Shown here piece by piece: positions 16,583 through 26,173 of a stretch of DNA of 33,607 nucleotides. A program made the position numbers and the translations under genes. Under the pieces are notes generated by a model. It was given only the letters and a program-made list of their open reading frames with translations, ran no database searches and had not been told where the DNA came from. Source of the stretch: a virus (taxonomy: Duplodnaviria; Caudoviricetes); the IMG/VR virus record IMGVR_UViG_3300027744_000063, positions 1 to 33,607 of that record. The stretch is one strand, 5' to 3'. Each line of letters starts with the position of its first letter. Positions within the stretch are counted from its first letter, which is position 1.

Positions 16583-19500
16583 TCATACATCTCCAACAGC
16601 CTCTCCGTCAAACTGATTAGAAACTAATGTCAGCGCAGGGGCTATTGAGTCTTTGTCGAGCTTGAGCGTATCCACAAAAATGCATCGTTGTTGCACGATG
16701 GGATAGTCAGTTCCCCGAGTCAGGGTAAACTTCTCACCCTGCTTAAGCAATGCGCCCTCTTTTTGTAAGGTCGTCATCATTGCATGGAAGTCAATGCGGT
16801 TCTTCATGCACCAGTCGCGGACTTCTTTCTGCGACAACATCAAGTGTCCGGCCTGATCTTTATGGCTGTTTGACCCGAGAACATACCGCCCTGCCACATC
16901 TCCCATTACACGAGTACGTGGGGACTCCGGGCCCCTGCCATCGCGCTTGTCTCGGTATTCACTGGTAACAATGATACGAGGGCCAAGGTGACTGACCATG
17001 CGGTGAAATGCATCTTCTGCAGAAATGGTATTTGTTTCCATGACTGACTCAGATAATTCAACAATCAACTTCACTGTAAATGCATACAGTTCTTGAAGAT
17101 CAAACTCGATGATGCCGAGCTTCTTTGCTATCTGAGCAATAACCATCGTGCATGCACTGTGAGCACGGTAAAACCGATACTTGGGACTTGGCAGGATTTG
17201 AGTAAACCTAGCCAAAAACTCTTCCATGGCTTTAGTTACTGTTGCCTCGTTGTCTAGCATGTACTTGATGATGGCCGCACCAGCATGACCACTGTTCTGC
17301 GTCATCTGCTTAATGTTCTCCGCCGCCACAATAGCTGATGCTGCGTTCCAAGCGTCGTCGCCCTCTTTGCCTTCGGGGTATTCAGAGCGATCCGTTAATA
17401 CAAGCGGGGGGTAGCGGTCTACGTTAACTTGAATGAGACGAACAGCTTCAGCTTGCGAGTTGGCTTGGTTGGCCGCAAGCAATCCATGGAAGTCTTTGTT
17501 GCCAGTTACATAAACATTAAGCCGCCATTCAGATGACTTGGCAAAAACTACATTACCGCCTTTGGAGGTCATGCGAATCTTGTCTTGGCCATTCGATACG
17601 CCATACGCTACATCACTAAAAGTGGCAGGGTCTACACCGGTCAACTCGTCCACCAACACAGGGATATTGTTAAATACACCAAGGGTTGCCCACAGTGCGT
17701 TTGTTGTAAAACCATCCTTGGAGTTCAGTGTCATCTTTGCAGGATTACCAAACGCAGCAAGTGCTGCATGGCAGACAGTTGTTTTGCCTCGGGCAGTATC
17801 TCCGCCTTGCAATGCCAAGATCAAACCTTTGTACAAGTCTTCGCAGTGGTGCGCCAGTAAAGAGCCCCAGCCTGCACAGATGGTGTACTGCCAGTGGACA
17901 GCGCCTTCTCGGTTATACAAAAAGTTTAGGGCTTCAGCGTAGCTTTCTAGCGATCCCTTGTTGGCCGTAAACGTACTTGCTCGTTCTTTGGCGTTGCCGC
18001 CAATCAGCACTTCGCTAGGTTCTGCACCCTTGGTGTACAGCTTGTCACCAAGCAAAAAGGCTTTGTGTTCATCTCGCCAACCAAATGCTGTGAGGGTATT
18101 GGTTTCAGTGATTCTTCGCTTTAGCGCCTGCAATTGGTCTAGCAAATAAGCAGACATGTGATCCCCTGCATTTTTGTGGTTACTCTTTGTTAGTTCGTAT
18201 CGAGCTAGTGCGCGTAGCAAATCGGTTGATGAGGCAACAGATTCTCCCAAGATGTCAAAGTCCCGAATGCGTTTGTCAGGTAGATGGAATCTAATGCCGT
18301 ACTTGAATGTGCCATCTTCGCTGCGGATACGGCTTGTTGGATAGAACAGGTTCTCACAGAAAGGCAGAGGCTGTAATACACCTTCCTTGTCTTGAATCAA
18401 GCGACTTAGTAACTTACCATCCCATATGTAGCCATAGGGCAGCGCTGGTATGGCGGCTTCTTGAACTACACCTTCATCAGTTACGATTTCCGCAGTTGAT
18501 TCTTCTACTATAGGGATTACCCTACCAAGGACTAGGGGCGTATTGATCTTGCCTTTAAACTCGCAGCCAGTGCAACCATTGCAGTTATGCTGCTCAAAAA
18601 ATGAGCAGGTTGTAGGGCCGGCTTCCCATGTGTCGTACTTGTTTTGCCAGTCTATCTGGTCATGGCCTGTTGCTTCACGTTCGGCGCTCCACTCTTCGGA
18701 TAACTTCTCACCATCTTCGCAGTGCTTTAAAAGACCGATAACGCCACGCCAAGGCTCGTACCCTACATCCCCTTTAGAATCCCGCATAGCGCCTACCTGA
18801 AGGCATTTACTGGCCATCTCGTTGGCATCTACAGGCACGTCAGGATACTGGGTAAGGTGACCCGTTAAGTCAGAGTTCAAGTCAGTGTTGTAGGCGCGTT
18901 TGACGGACTCTTTAATGAGCTTAACGTCATTGTCTGCCACGAAGGTTTGAAGTGCTAGTGCAAATGCCCCGGGCTCGATAGGCTCGCACGTTGATCTAAC
19001 TTTGATTGGCTTGGGTTCACCCTTACGGTTTGCTGACCCGACAGGGCGTAAGATGCTTGCAAAGTCAGCAGTTCGTGACGAATCTGCAAGGACATTCTCG
19101 TGCGCAAGGCATGACTTCAACCACTTAGCAACCATGACCCACTTTGTGTGGCTAATATCTTTGGTCAGAGGCCAGTAAGCATGGACGCCATTGCCCGAGT
19201 CCACAATCATGGGGCGGGGTAAACCTACCTTCTTAGCAAAGATTGCAATAGCTTTTACGCCATCCATCTGCGTCAAGTAGCCCTGCCCTGCATCGTGTTT
19301 CTTTTGCCCACAATCAATGTCAATCCAAAAAGATTTGGCGCGATCCCAGTTTTCTTCAACGCGATATTTCTTGCGGGTCTCCCCGTCTTTCTCAACTTCA
19401 ATGAATGGCTTTAGATACGATGCGCATGCATGGTAGGTTGCCACAAACTTGGGATTGTTTTCCCAGTAAGGTATAGCGTCAGCCATCTCCTCCAAGCTTA

Positions 19501-19621
19501 GGTAGTACTTGTGGTAGGTGTACGGCTTGTTCGTCTTTGGATTGACCTCTTTGGTAAAGAGCGTCAAGTAATGTATGCCGTATTCGGGCAGGATTGTGCG
19601 GAGGAACTCAAGGGTATCCAT
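16583..19621 (-). CDS. DNA primase-helicase (AEP-like primase, Cys cluster, DUF927 helicase)
   Basis: FWIDID and VDSGNGVHAYW primase motifs. Cys cluster CSFF..CNGCTGC. Walker A GDTARGKTT, Walker B VLVDE. GGAG SD. Confidence 0.85.
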   Translation of the reverse strand: MDTLEFLRTILPEYGIHYLTLFTKEVNPKTNKPYTYHKYYLSLEEMADAIPYWENNPKFVATYHACASYLKPFIEVEKDGETRKKYRVEENWDRAKSFWIDIDCGQKKHDAGQGYLTQMDGVKAIAIFAKKVGLPRPMIVDSGNGVHAYWPLTKDISHTKWVMVAKWLKSCLAHENVLADSSRTADFASILRPVGSANRKGEPKPIKVRSTCEPIEPGAFALALQTFVADNDVKLIKESVKRAYNTDLNSDLTGHLTQYPDVPVDANEMASKCLQVGAMRDSKGDVGYEPWRGVIGLLKHCEDGEKLSEEWSAEREATGHDQIDWQNKYDTWEAGPTTCSFFEQHNCNGCTGCEFKGKINTPLVLGRVIPIVEESTAEIVTDEGVVQEAAIPALPYGYIWDGKLLSRLIQDKEGVLQPLPFCENLFYPTSRIRSEDGTFKYGIRFHLPDKRIRDFDILGESVASSTDLLRALARYELTKSNHKNAGDHMSAYLLDQLQALKRRITETNTLTAFGWRDEHKAFLLGDKLYTKGAEPSEVLIGGNAKERASTFTANKGSLESYAEALNFLYNREGAVHWQYTICAGWGSLLAHHCEDLYKGLILALQGGDTARGKTTVCHAALAAFGNPAKMTLNSKDGFTTNALWATLGVFNNIPVLVDELTGVDPATFSDVAYGVSNGQDKIRMTSKGGNVVFAKSSEWRLNVYVTGNKDFHGLLAANQANSQAEAVRLIQVNVDRYPPLVLTDRSEYPEGKEGDDAWNAASAIVAAENIKQMTQNSGHAGAAIIKYMLDNEATVTKAMEEFLARFTQILPSPKYRFYRAHSACTMVIAQIAKKLGIIEFDLQELYAFTVKLIVELSESVMETNTISAEDAFHRMVSHLGPRIIVTSEYRDKRDGRGPESPRTRVMGDVAGRYVLGSNSHKDQAGHLMLSQKEVRDWCMKNRIDFHAMMTTLQKEGALLKQGEKFTLTRGTDYPIVQQRCIFVDTLKLDKDSIAPALTLVSNQFDGEAVGDV

Positions 19622-19667
19622 TGTGATCTCCAGCTGTTGTAAATATGCAACTCATGACTACTCCAGT

Positions 19668-19694
19668 GAAACAGAAGAAGCCCCCGAAGGGGCT
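19668..19694 (-). terminator. UUCG-tetraloop intrinsic terminator/attenuator after ssb
   Basis: - strand reads AGCCCC-TTCG-GGGGCT followed by TCTTCTGTTTC. Confidence 0.75.
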
Positions 19695-19713
19695 CCCTTG
19701 GGGGTGGAGCTAT

Positions 19714-20601
19714 TTAGTCGTCAAAACTAATGCCGTCGAGGTCGAGTTCTAACTCTTCTTCAACAGGGGCAGGTTTGGCTTTGGCGGCTGGCTTAGCTTT
19801 AGCTTCGGGCTTTGGCTCGGGAGCCTCTGCTTTAGCAACTGGAGGTGCCTCGATTGCTTCTGCAACAAACTCTACTGCTACGGGGTTAGCGCCCAAGATG
19901 GTTGCAACAATATCTGATTTAGCGATCTCTTGGACTTCAGCAAAGCCCTCGTCGTCTAGTAAACCAACGGCGCTGAATGTCAGCTTGGGTGATTCTGCTT
20001 GCAAGTCAAAGCCTACCTTGGTAACAACCATGCTGTACCCTACACCGCGCTTAGCCAACATCTGACCGTACTCACCCAGTGCCTTGATGGAAGCAGGAGG
20101 TACACGCAACAGCATCGCGTCATTAATCTGACCGGCTGGCGCTACGGCCATACGAACGGTATCGGAACATGCCTTGCCCTTGGTTGCACCGCGCTCGCTG
20201 ATACGAGAGCCCCACTGATTGTGGGCACAAGTTGCGCACTTCTTGGCTTGTTTGTTCTGTGCGTCTGCTGCCGGCTCAATGCCATCGCTTGAATAGCAAT
20301 CAGGCTTCTGACCTTCGCTTGTGTCTTTGTCGTAGCCCTTGAGATAAAACACCTTGCTTGTACCTTTGTTGGCTTTTAACAACACCACGTTCAGGCTGGT
20401 AGCTGCGCTGTCAGGGTCTTTAGGGTTCATCTGCAACTCACGCTCACCGTCGCGAACGACTGCAAACACTTTGCCTTTGATGGAGATCACTGGGAACCCA
20501 CCGCCTGCATGAGCAGTCAAGTCAGAGTTCAGAGCTGCGATGTCAACTTTTTTCAAGAATGATGGCAGGTTGGAGCCGGAGTCAAATGGAATGATGTTCA
20601 T
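19714..20601 (-). CDS. Putative single-stranded DNA-binding protein
   Basis: Position in the replication module. Cys motifs (PDCYS, CATC, GKAC). A/P/K linker and acidic-aromatic tail ELELDLDGISFDD. Confidence 0.7.
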   Translation of the reverse strand: MNIIPFDSGSNLPSFLKKVDIAALNSDLTAHAGGGFPVISIKGKVFAVVRDGERELQMNPKDPDSAATSLNVVLLKANKGTSKVFYLKGYDKDTSEGQKPDCYSSDGIEPAADAQNKQAKKCATCAHNQWGSRISERGATKGKACSDTVRMAVAPAGQINDAMLLRVPPASIKALGEYGQMLAKRGVGYSMVVTKVGFDLQAESPKLTFSAVGLLDDEGFAEVQEIAKSDIVATILGANPVAVEFVAEAIEAPPVAKAEAPEPKPEAKAKPAAKAKPAPVEEELELDLDGISFDD

Positions 20602-20628
20602 AATTTTTCAGTGGTTGGGGGAAAGAGT

Positions 20629-21012
20629 TTACGACGAACGGCGCACGTTGACTACACGTTCTTCACGAGTAGATACGCCCGGGGGTAGGTCGTTGTTGGT
20701 TTCGCGGTATTGTTCTACCGCTGTTTTGGAAGCGCGTACTTCTAAAAGCGCCCAGTCGTCATTTTCTCTGACGTGAGTCATAAATATTTCTCGGTCTGCT
20801 ACGCTGGCAGTGACTCTAGTTGTGGTATACGCAGTTCCAAATTCTGTTTTGACAGAATCAATACCGGTCTTGTTGAAAACATCTAGTAGCTTGGCTTCTA
20901 GCTTTTCCATCTTCTCATTGAGAGGAGCAACACTGGCATCAAACTCTGCTTTCATTTGTGCTTTTTTATCTCGCATCTTGATGTAGATGCTTACAGCTTC
21001 TGAGAGTTTCAT
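20629..21012 (-). CDS. Conserved phage replication-module protein (coiled coil plus SVKTEFGT beta region)
   Basis: AGGA SD. N-terminal coiled coil then GIDSVKTEFGTAY. Commonly found between helicase and ssb. Function unknown. Confidence 0.7.
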   Translation of the reverse strand: MKLSEAVSIYIKMRDKKAQMKAEFDASVAPLNEKMEKLEAKLLDVFNKTGIDSVKTEFGTAYTTTRVTASVADREIFMTHVRENDDWALLEVRASKTAVEQYRETNNDLPPGVSTREERVVNVRRSS

Positions 21013-21069
21013 TTTTGTATCCTAATTTGTGGTTGATTGGGGTAAAGATTTGGTAGTCGATAACGCCTC

Positions 21070-22638
21070 CTATTCCGGTTGTTCTTTCATCATGTCAAGC
21101 AATAAACCCTGCATGGACTGCTTGTCTTGCAGCCTCTTGTACACACGTCTTTCGACGTCTGAGCCTGCGATATGCACAATCACAGTAGTTTTAGTCTGGC
21201 CGGGGCGTCTAACCCTAGCACAAGCCTGTTCGTAAATCTCATTGCTATGCACCGGTGCGTACCATACGATGGTAGTTGCCGCTGTTAGCGTTAGTCCGTG
21301 TGACATGGTAGCTGCATTTGCTACTAATACTCTCGGGTCTAACCCTCGTTGGAAGTCAGAAAATATCTGATCTCGTTGGTTTTTGCTAGTCTCGCCGTGC
21401 ACAATTTCTACAGACCAGTCCTTGCGCAGCTCTGTGGCTACGTGTTCAAGAGCGCCAGTCAACGGCACAAACACAATTACTTTACCTTCAGATTCTTCAA
21501 TGATTTCTTTGAGGACATCCATTCTAGGCTTAGATGGTAGGACTACCTCCACCCCATCTGTCCCGTATGCGACACCGCAGCCAATTTGAATTAGTTTGTT
21601 TGCTTTTACAGCTTCATTCACAGCAAGAATCTGACCGCCAGCGTACTCAGTTGCAAGTTTAGACAACATGTCTTTGTAAGCTTTCTTCTGCTCTACAGTC
21701 ATCTCAACTTCGCGAGTCATAAATATCTGTTCAGGCAAGTCAGTGCAGTCGTCAAGTGAGAACCGAATTGCAGGCTGCATCATCTGATAGATCACATCGT
21801 TTGCTTCGGGTCTTGATATCCATTTGAACTGTGTCAACTGGCGCATTACACGATCACGAAACGCACCAAAGTATTTAGGCACACTGGTGTTATCAGGCGT
21901 AATAAGTTTGCATTGAGCCCACGCATCTGTAGGTGCATTGGGTGTAGGTGAACCTGTCATACCCCACACACGGCGACTACTTTGTTTGTTGCAAATTGTG
22001 TTGAGCGTTTTCCATCTATCAGTGCTGGAGTTACGCGCAAGTGCTAACTCATCCACAACAATCAAATCAATGTCCGGTCGCTTTGCTAATTCATCTTTGA
22101 TCGTGGCAAGGCCGTCAATGTTGATGATGTAGATGTGCACATCTTCTTTGAGTAACTTAATTCGTTTCTCTCTTGTTCCATGCAAGACTACTGCATCGAG
22201 ATGTGAGAATGTATTAAAGACTGAATCTGCCCATGTGCGCTCCATTGTTGATAGCGGACACACGACAAGAACTTTGTTAACGATCTTTGTGCGACGCATG
22301 TAGTCATACGCCCACAGTGCGCTGTTGGTCTTGCCAGTGCCCATACCGTTAAGACAAAACGCCCTACTGTGCATGGATAAAAAAGATGCAGTTTCGATCT
22401 GCGCAGCAAATGGATTGTGTCGCCCACTTACTTTTGGAAACGCATAGTGCATAGGCATTGGGTCAGGGACTTCAAAGCCTAAGTTTCGTAACACCCGAGT
22501 TTCGTCGGGGCGGTGTGGAACGGCTACAAGCCGTTGTCCTTTGTGGTCTACTTCGATAGCTGTCGGTATTACTGTTGTTATCCGACTTGGGTTTTTTAAG
22601 CGGAAGATAACCGCTTTTTTTTCTTTATGTATTTGCAT
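21070..22638 (-). CDS. SNF2-like superfamily 2 helicase
   Basis: Motif I GMGTGKT, Ia VVCPLS, II IVVDELA, III MTGSP, V HGLTLT, VI QACARVRRPGQ. Confidence 0.9.
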   Translation of the reverse strand: MQIHKEKKAVIFRLKNPSRITTVIPTAIEVDHKGQRLVAVPHRPDETRVLRNLGFEVPDPMPMHYAFPKVSGRHNPFAAQIETASFLSMHSRAFCLNGMGTGKTNSALWAYDYMRRTKIVNKVLVVCPLSTMERTWADSVFNTFSHLDAVVLHGTREKRIKLLKEDVHIYIINIDGLATIKDELAKRPDIDLIVVDELALARNSSTDRWKTLNTICNKQSSRRVWGMTGSPTPNAPTDAWAQCKLITPDNTSVPKYFGAFRDRVMRQLTQFKWISRPEANDVIYQMMQPAIRFSLDDCTDLPEQIFMTREVEMTVEQKKAYKDMLSKLATEYAGGQILAVNEAVKANKLIQIGCGVAYGTDGVEVVLPSKPRMDVLKEIIEESEGKVIVFVPLTGALEHVATELRKDWSVEIVHGETSKNQRDQIFSDFQRGLDPRVLVANAATMSHGLTLTAATTIVWYAPVHSNEIYEQACARVRRPGQTKTTVIVHIAGSDVERRVYKRLQDKQSMQGLLLDMMKEQPE

Positions 22639-22904
22639 TACTTATCGGGGTTGTAAGAGCCGCTTCCCTTCCTCCATCCTCTGTTGGTTGCTCGAGCTTG
22701 CACAGCGGTATTACCTTTACCATTACCGCCACCATTTTCTAATGACTTCTTGTGTGCAACATCTTTACCATCACCGACACGCGCTTTGCCATCCTTCATA
22801 GCTTCACGGCGTGCAGCGTTATTCTTCACTCGCTTGGCCACTTCTTCAGGGCGTGCGTTGTATGCTTTTTGGTATTCAAGTTTCTGTTTAGTTGATGTAA
22901 CCAT
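22638..22904 (-). CDS. Small HNH-like (His-Me finger) protein
   Basis: GGAG SD 6 nt before ATG 22904. GDGKDVAHKKSL..GGGN..N..TNRG resembles the beta-beta-alpha-Me core. Confidence 0.6.
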   Translation of the reverse strand: MVTSTKQKLEYQKAYNARPEEVAKRVKNNAARREAMKDGKARVGDGKDVAHKKSLENGGGNGKGNTAVQARATNRGWRKGSGSYNPDK

Positions 22905-23200
22905 CATGCTCTCCATGCAATGTTTTCTAAAAAATCATGCAGTTGATTTATGTCGTCAACCACAATAGTTTGACCACCATGACTAACGATCTCTGCTAAC
23001 ACTCTGTCTTGATTGGCAGTCGTGTCTTTGCGCTTTCCGGGGGCTTTAGTTTCGATACCGATAAACCTTCCGTTCCAACAACAGATAAAGTCCGGTATAC
23101 CCACTTGCCCCATGCCGTTCTGCATAGGCTGGTAGAACCAAATAGTACGCGCTTTTAAGGCTTTGCGCACTGCATCTTTTACCTTGCCTTCGGGTGTCAT
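22904..23200 (-). CDS. VRR-NUC domain nuclease (putative Holliday junction resolvase)
   Basis: TPEGKVK..GIPDFICC..FIGIETKAPGK..TANQ. Confidence 0.88.
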   Translation of the reverse strand: MTPEGKVKDAVRKALKARTIWFYQPMQNGMGQVGIPDFICCWNGRFIGIETKAPGKRKDTTANQDRVLAEIVSHGGQTIVVDDINQLHDFLENIAWRA

Positions 23201-23850
23201 GATTTTCTTCCGTTGAAGTCACACGACGTAACAGGACACCACGCCTTGCACAGTCCTGATGTTTTGGCTGGCCATGAATCACGCTCGTAGGCCGATTCGA
23301 GTTTGCGCACTCGTGGCAGTAGGTCTTGCCATATGGTTGCAAGGTCAGCACGTTCACGTACTTGCCAGTCAATCTTTTTATCTTTCAACCACACAAAGCC
23401 AGTCGTTACTTTCTGCACTTCGGGGTGATGGTGAAACACATACGCAGCATACAAATCTAATTGTTCTGTTGGTTTGCGTTTGCCTGTTTTGTAATCCATG
23501 ACAGCAGCGTTTGCGCCTTGAATAACAACCAGGTCAGCAATGCCTCGTGTCCATGCTTTATCCCAATCGCAAGGTGTAAAGTCTCTGTCTACAGCGTACT
23601 GTCTTTCAGGAAACTTCTCGCCTTTGAGTGCGGCTAATCGGTTTGCTAATGGTTGCCACTGCGTCATGCCTTCAGGCAGTAACTCACCGTTCAAGATGAA
23701 GTTCTCAAACGCTGTGTGTACCTTGGTTCCCCACTCAGTGTAAATGGTTGGGGGCTCGACAATATCGCGGACTACTTTAAGGTGATAGAACTTCTTCGGG
23801 CACGTTTCAAACGTGTCTAATTGCGAATAAGTCCAAGCTGGGTTGGCCAT
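23197..23850 (-). CDS. PD-(D/E)XK (RecB/Cas4-like) exonuclease
   Basis: GGAG SD before ATG 23850. WTYSQLDTFETCP, GTKVH, GIADL, DYKTGK, QLDLYA and C-terminal CKAWCPVTSC. Confidence 0.88.
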   Translation of the reverse strand: MANPAWTYSQLDTFETCPKKFYHLKVVRDIVEPPTIYTEWGTKVHTAFENFILNGELLPEGMTQWQPLANRLAALKGEKFPERQYAVDRDFTPCDWDKAWTRGIADLVVIQGANAAVMDYKTGKRKPTEQLDLYAAYVFHHHPEVQKVTTGFVWLKDKKIDWQVRERADLATIWQDLLPRVRKLESAYERDSWPAKTSGLCKAWCPVTSCDFNGRKS

Positions 23851-23918
23851 GCTTGCTCCATAGGTTTTGGCCCCCAATGCGTCATTTGTCGCTTGGAGGC
23901 TCGTGGTTGTTAGCCCCC

Positions 23919-23946
23919 ACTTTAGCAGGTTTCTACGACTAGTCAA
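23919..23946 (-). promoter_or_regulatory. Candidate sigma70 promoter upstream of the exonuclease
   Basis: - strand TTGACT-N16-TAAAGT with a TGn extended -10, in a ~100-nt intergenic gap. Confidence 0.5.
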
Positions 23947-23948
23947 CA

Positions 23949-25901
23949 CTATTTTGCTTCGCCATAACAGCTTGCAATATCACCTTCAGACCATGTTATC
24001 AACTCGGGCCACCATGACACACCTTGACGCATGATGGCTTGTAATTGTTCTAAGGATTGCTCGGCAGAATCTTCCGGAACTACGTACACAAGCTCGTCAT
24101 GCACAGTGAGTGCTGGCCGCATCCCAGTAGCCTTAAAGAACTTAACTGCGTGCTCTGCAATGACGTCGCGTGCAAGGGCTTGAACTATATTCTCTACACC
24201 TTTCCCTGCGTAAATACGAGCCCGAGTGCGACCATTGCCGTACCACCATTCCATTTTGCCGTTGTCATCACGTTCTTGTTTGAGATCGGGGTAGTAGATG
24301 CGACGGCCCGATGGTAGGCGCACTGCGTTTTGTTCGGTAACGCACATACCCCACGGGTCAATGGCCGACTCCACGCCTTGCTTGATGTTGGTAAGTTTAT
24401 TTTGAAACGTTTTCCACCCTGTAGCAATTTCTGCATGGGCTGAACGGTAAGCGTCTACCACCTTTGTTGCTTCATCTAGGCTCATGTCCACGCCACCCAT
24501 GAGCTTGGCAACCTTTTGGAACGTAGCACCCCCAGCTCCAAAACCTAGGCCGAGGTGAGCAACTTTACCCACTTGACGCTGGGTCTTGGTGACTTGTATC
24601 TCATCGATGTTGTACAGATTATGGGCAGCAAAGTACCTGTAAAGATCAGCTTTGTCAGGGCTTGCCTCAAACAATGCCATCGCATACGGGACTTTCCACA
24701 AGAACATGTTGACCCGCAACTCAATGCCGGATAGGTCAGACACGATCACCTTGTGCCCGGGAGGGGCGAGTAACGACATACGCAAGGCATCTGAGGGCTT
24801 AGGTGACGCACCAATGCGAGGTAAATTCTGCATGTTGTACTGCTCACCTGACCAACGCCCAGTTGTGTCTGCGCCGGCGTATTTAAGAGGTACAGGTATC
24901 TTGCCTCCACATACCGCTGCGGTCTGCAAGAAAGCCTCTAAGCGCGTTTCTAACAGGGTAGACTTAACTTCTAGCCTAGCCATTGCAGCGGCGGCTACAA
25001 GCGGGTTCTTGTGCGTTTGTAAGGCTATAAATGCCTCGTCTGTTTTAGCCAGTGCGGGTGTCATCTTGGCAGGGTTGCTAGGCGATACCTTCATGGGTAC
25101 TGGCACACCAAGCTTCTCAAGCAACGCACCAAACTTGGCGGCTGACGCTAACTCAGTACGTACAGTCTCCTCGATGCTAGTGCCGTTTAGTCGGTTAGCT
25201 ACAAACGTGCCAATATCCAAGGCTTTGGCTAACTGAAGCAATGAATCGCGCTTCTCTTCCTTTACAAGCTTAAGCGCTTGATGCACCTTCGGGGCGTCCA
25301 GTAACAGTTTCGGCTCGACAAGCATGCGTGTAGTCATGTCTATCAAAACCAACTCCTGTTTAGGGAAGCCTTTGGCTAGCTTCTTGAACAACTTAGCGCA
25401 CAGGTCAGTGTCTACCTTGTTGTATTCCTCCATCGAGGCGATCTCATCTTCGCTAAAGTTAGCTAGGTGTTTACCCTTAGTATTAGTAGCTTCGAGGTCT
25501 AACTTTGCGCCTACACCAAACTCATACGCTAGCTTCTTAAGCGATACACCTGTAAGGGATTTACCGCCAAAGAACACTGACGTTTTGGAATACTGCGACC
25601 TTGCCATGGCTGCTGTACATCCGTACATCTTAGGGTTTATCCCTAGTCGCCAAGCTAAGATCATTGAGTCAAAGCCGGACATGTTGTGGCCGATTGCCAT
25701 TGCATCTGACCAGTCCATTGCCTGCATGTGGGTGCGTATGTTGTCCTCGCCAAACAATACGTATGTAGGCTCATCGCCTTCCTTGATAGATACCGAAATG
25801 ATTTCTGTATCAGGATGTTGTATGTACTCTGTTGGAGACATGCGCGAGAGCGTGTGGGTTGTATCCCAGTACGTCTCAAAGTCCAAGTAAATTGGTTTCA
25901 T
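23949..25901 (-). CDS. Family A DNA polymerase with 3'-5' exonuclease
   Basis: ExoI LDFET, ExoII HNMSGFD, ExoIII YNKVD, TTGRWS, NMQNLPR, motif A DLSGIELR, motif B RQVGKVAHLGLGFG, motif C VHDE. Confidence 0.95.
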   Translation of the reverse strand: MKPIYLDFETYWDTTHTLSRMSPTEYIQHPDTEIISVSIKEGDEPTYVLFGEDNIRTHMQAMDWSDAMAIGHNMSGFDSMILAWRLGINPKMYGCTAAMARSQYSKTSVFFGGKSLTGVSLKKLAYEFGVGAKLDLEATNTKGKHLANFSEDEIASMEEYNKVDTDLCAKLFKKLAKGFPKQELVLIDMTTRMLVEPKLLLDAPKVHQALKLVKEEKRDSLLQLAKALDIGTFVANRLNGTSIEETVRTELASAAKFGALLEKLGVPVPMKVSPSNPAKMTPALAKTDEAFIALQTHKNPLVAAAAMARLEVKSTLLETRLEAFLQTAAVCGGKIPVPLKYAGADTTGRWSGEQYNMQNLPRIGASPKPSDALRMSLLAPPGHKVIVSDLSGIELRVNMFLWKVPYAMALFEASPDKADLYRYFAAHNLYNIDEIQVTKTQRQVGKVAHLGLGFGAGGATFQKVAKLMGGVDMSLDEATKVVDAYRSAHAEIATGWKTFQNKLTNIKQGVESAIDPWGMCVTEQNAVRLPSGRRIYYPDLKQERDDNGKMEWWYGNGRTRARIYAGKGVENIVQALARDVIAEHAVKFFKATGMRPALTVHDELVYVVPEDSAEQSLEQLQAIMRQGVSWWPELITWSEGDIASCYGEAK

Positions 25902-26173
25902 TTACCCTCCAACTGAAACGCAACAATCGCTGTTGAAATTAACTCGTTGACTTCCTTGATGTTGGCAGCTATGTGCGAGTCAAACTCGTAGCCCTCTCGG
26001 GATGCAATGTGTACGATGTAACCGTTACATACTTGCTGTACTTCAATCCTGCCACTGAAGATAGTCTTGTTCTTCATGCGTGGCTTTTCCATGTAATCAC
26101 GCATCACACTTGATTGTTGAGCAGGGTTGGTAACTGTTGTAATCGCATGCAGCATGCTGCTTAGAACTCCCAT
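25898..26173 (-). CDS. Hypothetical protein
   Basis: Tiles the operon and has an ATGA overlap with the polymerase gene. Confidence 0.65.
   Translation of the reverse strand: MGVLSSMLHAITTVTNPAQQSSVMRDYMEKPRMKNKTIFSGRIEVQQVCNGYIVHIASREGYEFDSHIAANIKEVNELISTAIVAFQLEGK

Noticed and set aside
22638-22904. Mobile homing endonuclease or intron
   Set aside because: Very short, coupled to both neighbours, and it interrupts no gene.
23197-23850. Cas4-like nuclease as a sign of a CRISPR system
   Set aside because: No repeat-spacer array or other cas genes seen. A stand-alone nuclease of this kind is normal in phage replication modules.
23851-23949. N-terminal extensions given by the ORF track (also at 3860, 4315, 26713, 27836, 32722, 33320)
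   Set aside because: Downstream starts have better SDs or avoid overlaps. The extensions cover promoter-like or neighbouring coding sequence.
24652-25890. Long antisense ORFs (194 and 188 aa) opposite the polymerase, and similar ones opposite other genes
   Set aside because: Antisense mirrors of the real gene's codon bias, with no RBS or recognisable motifs.
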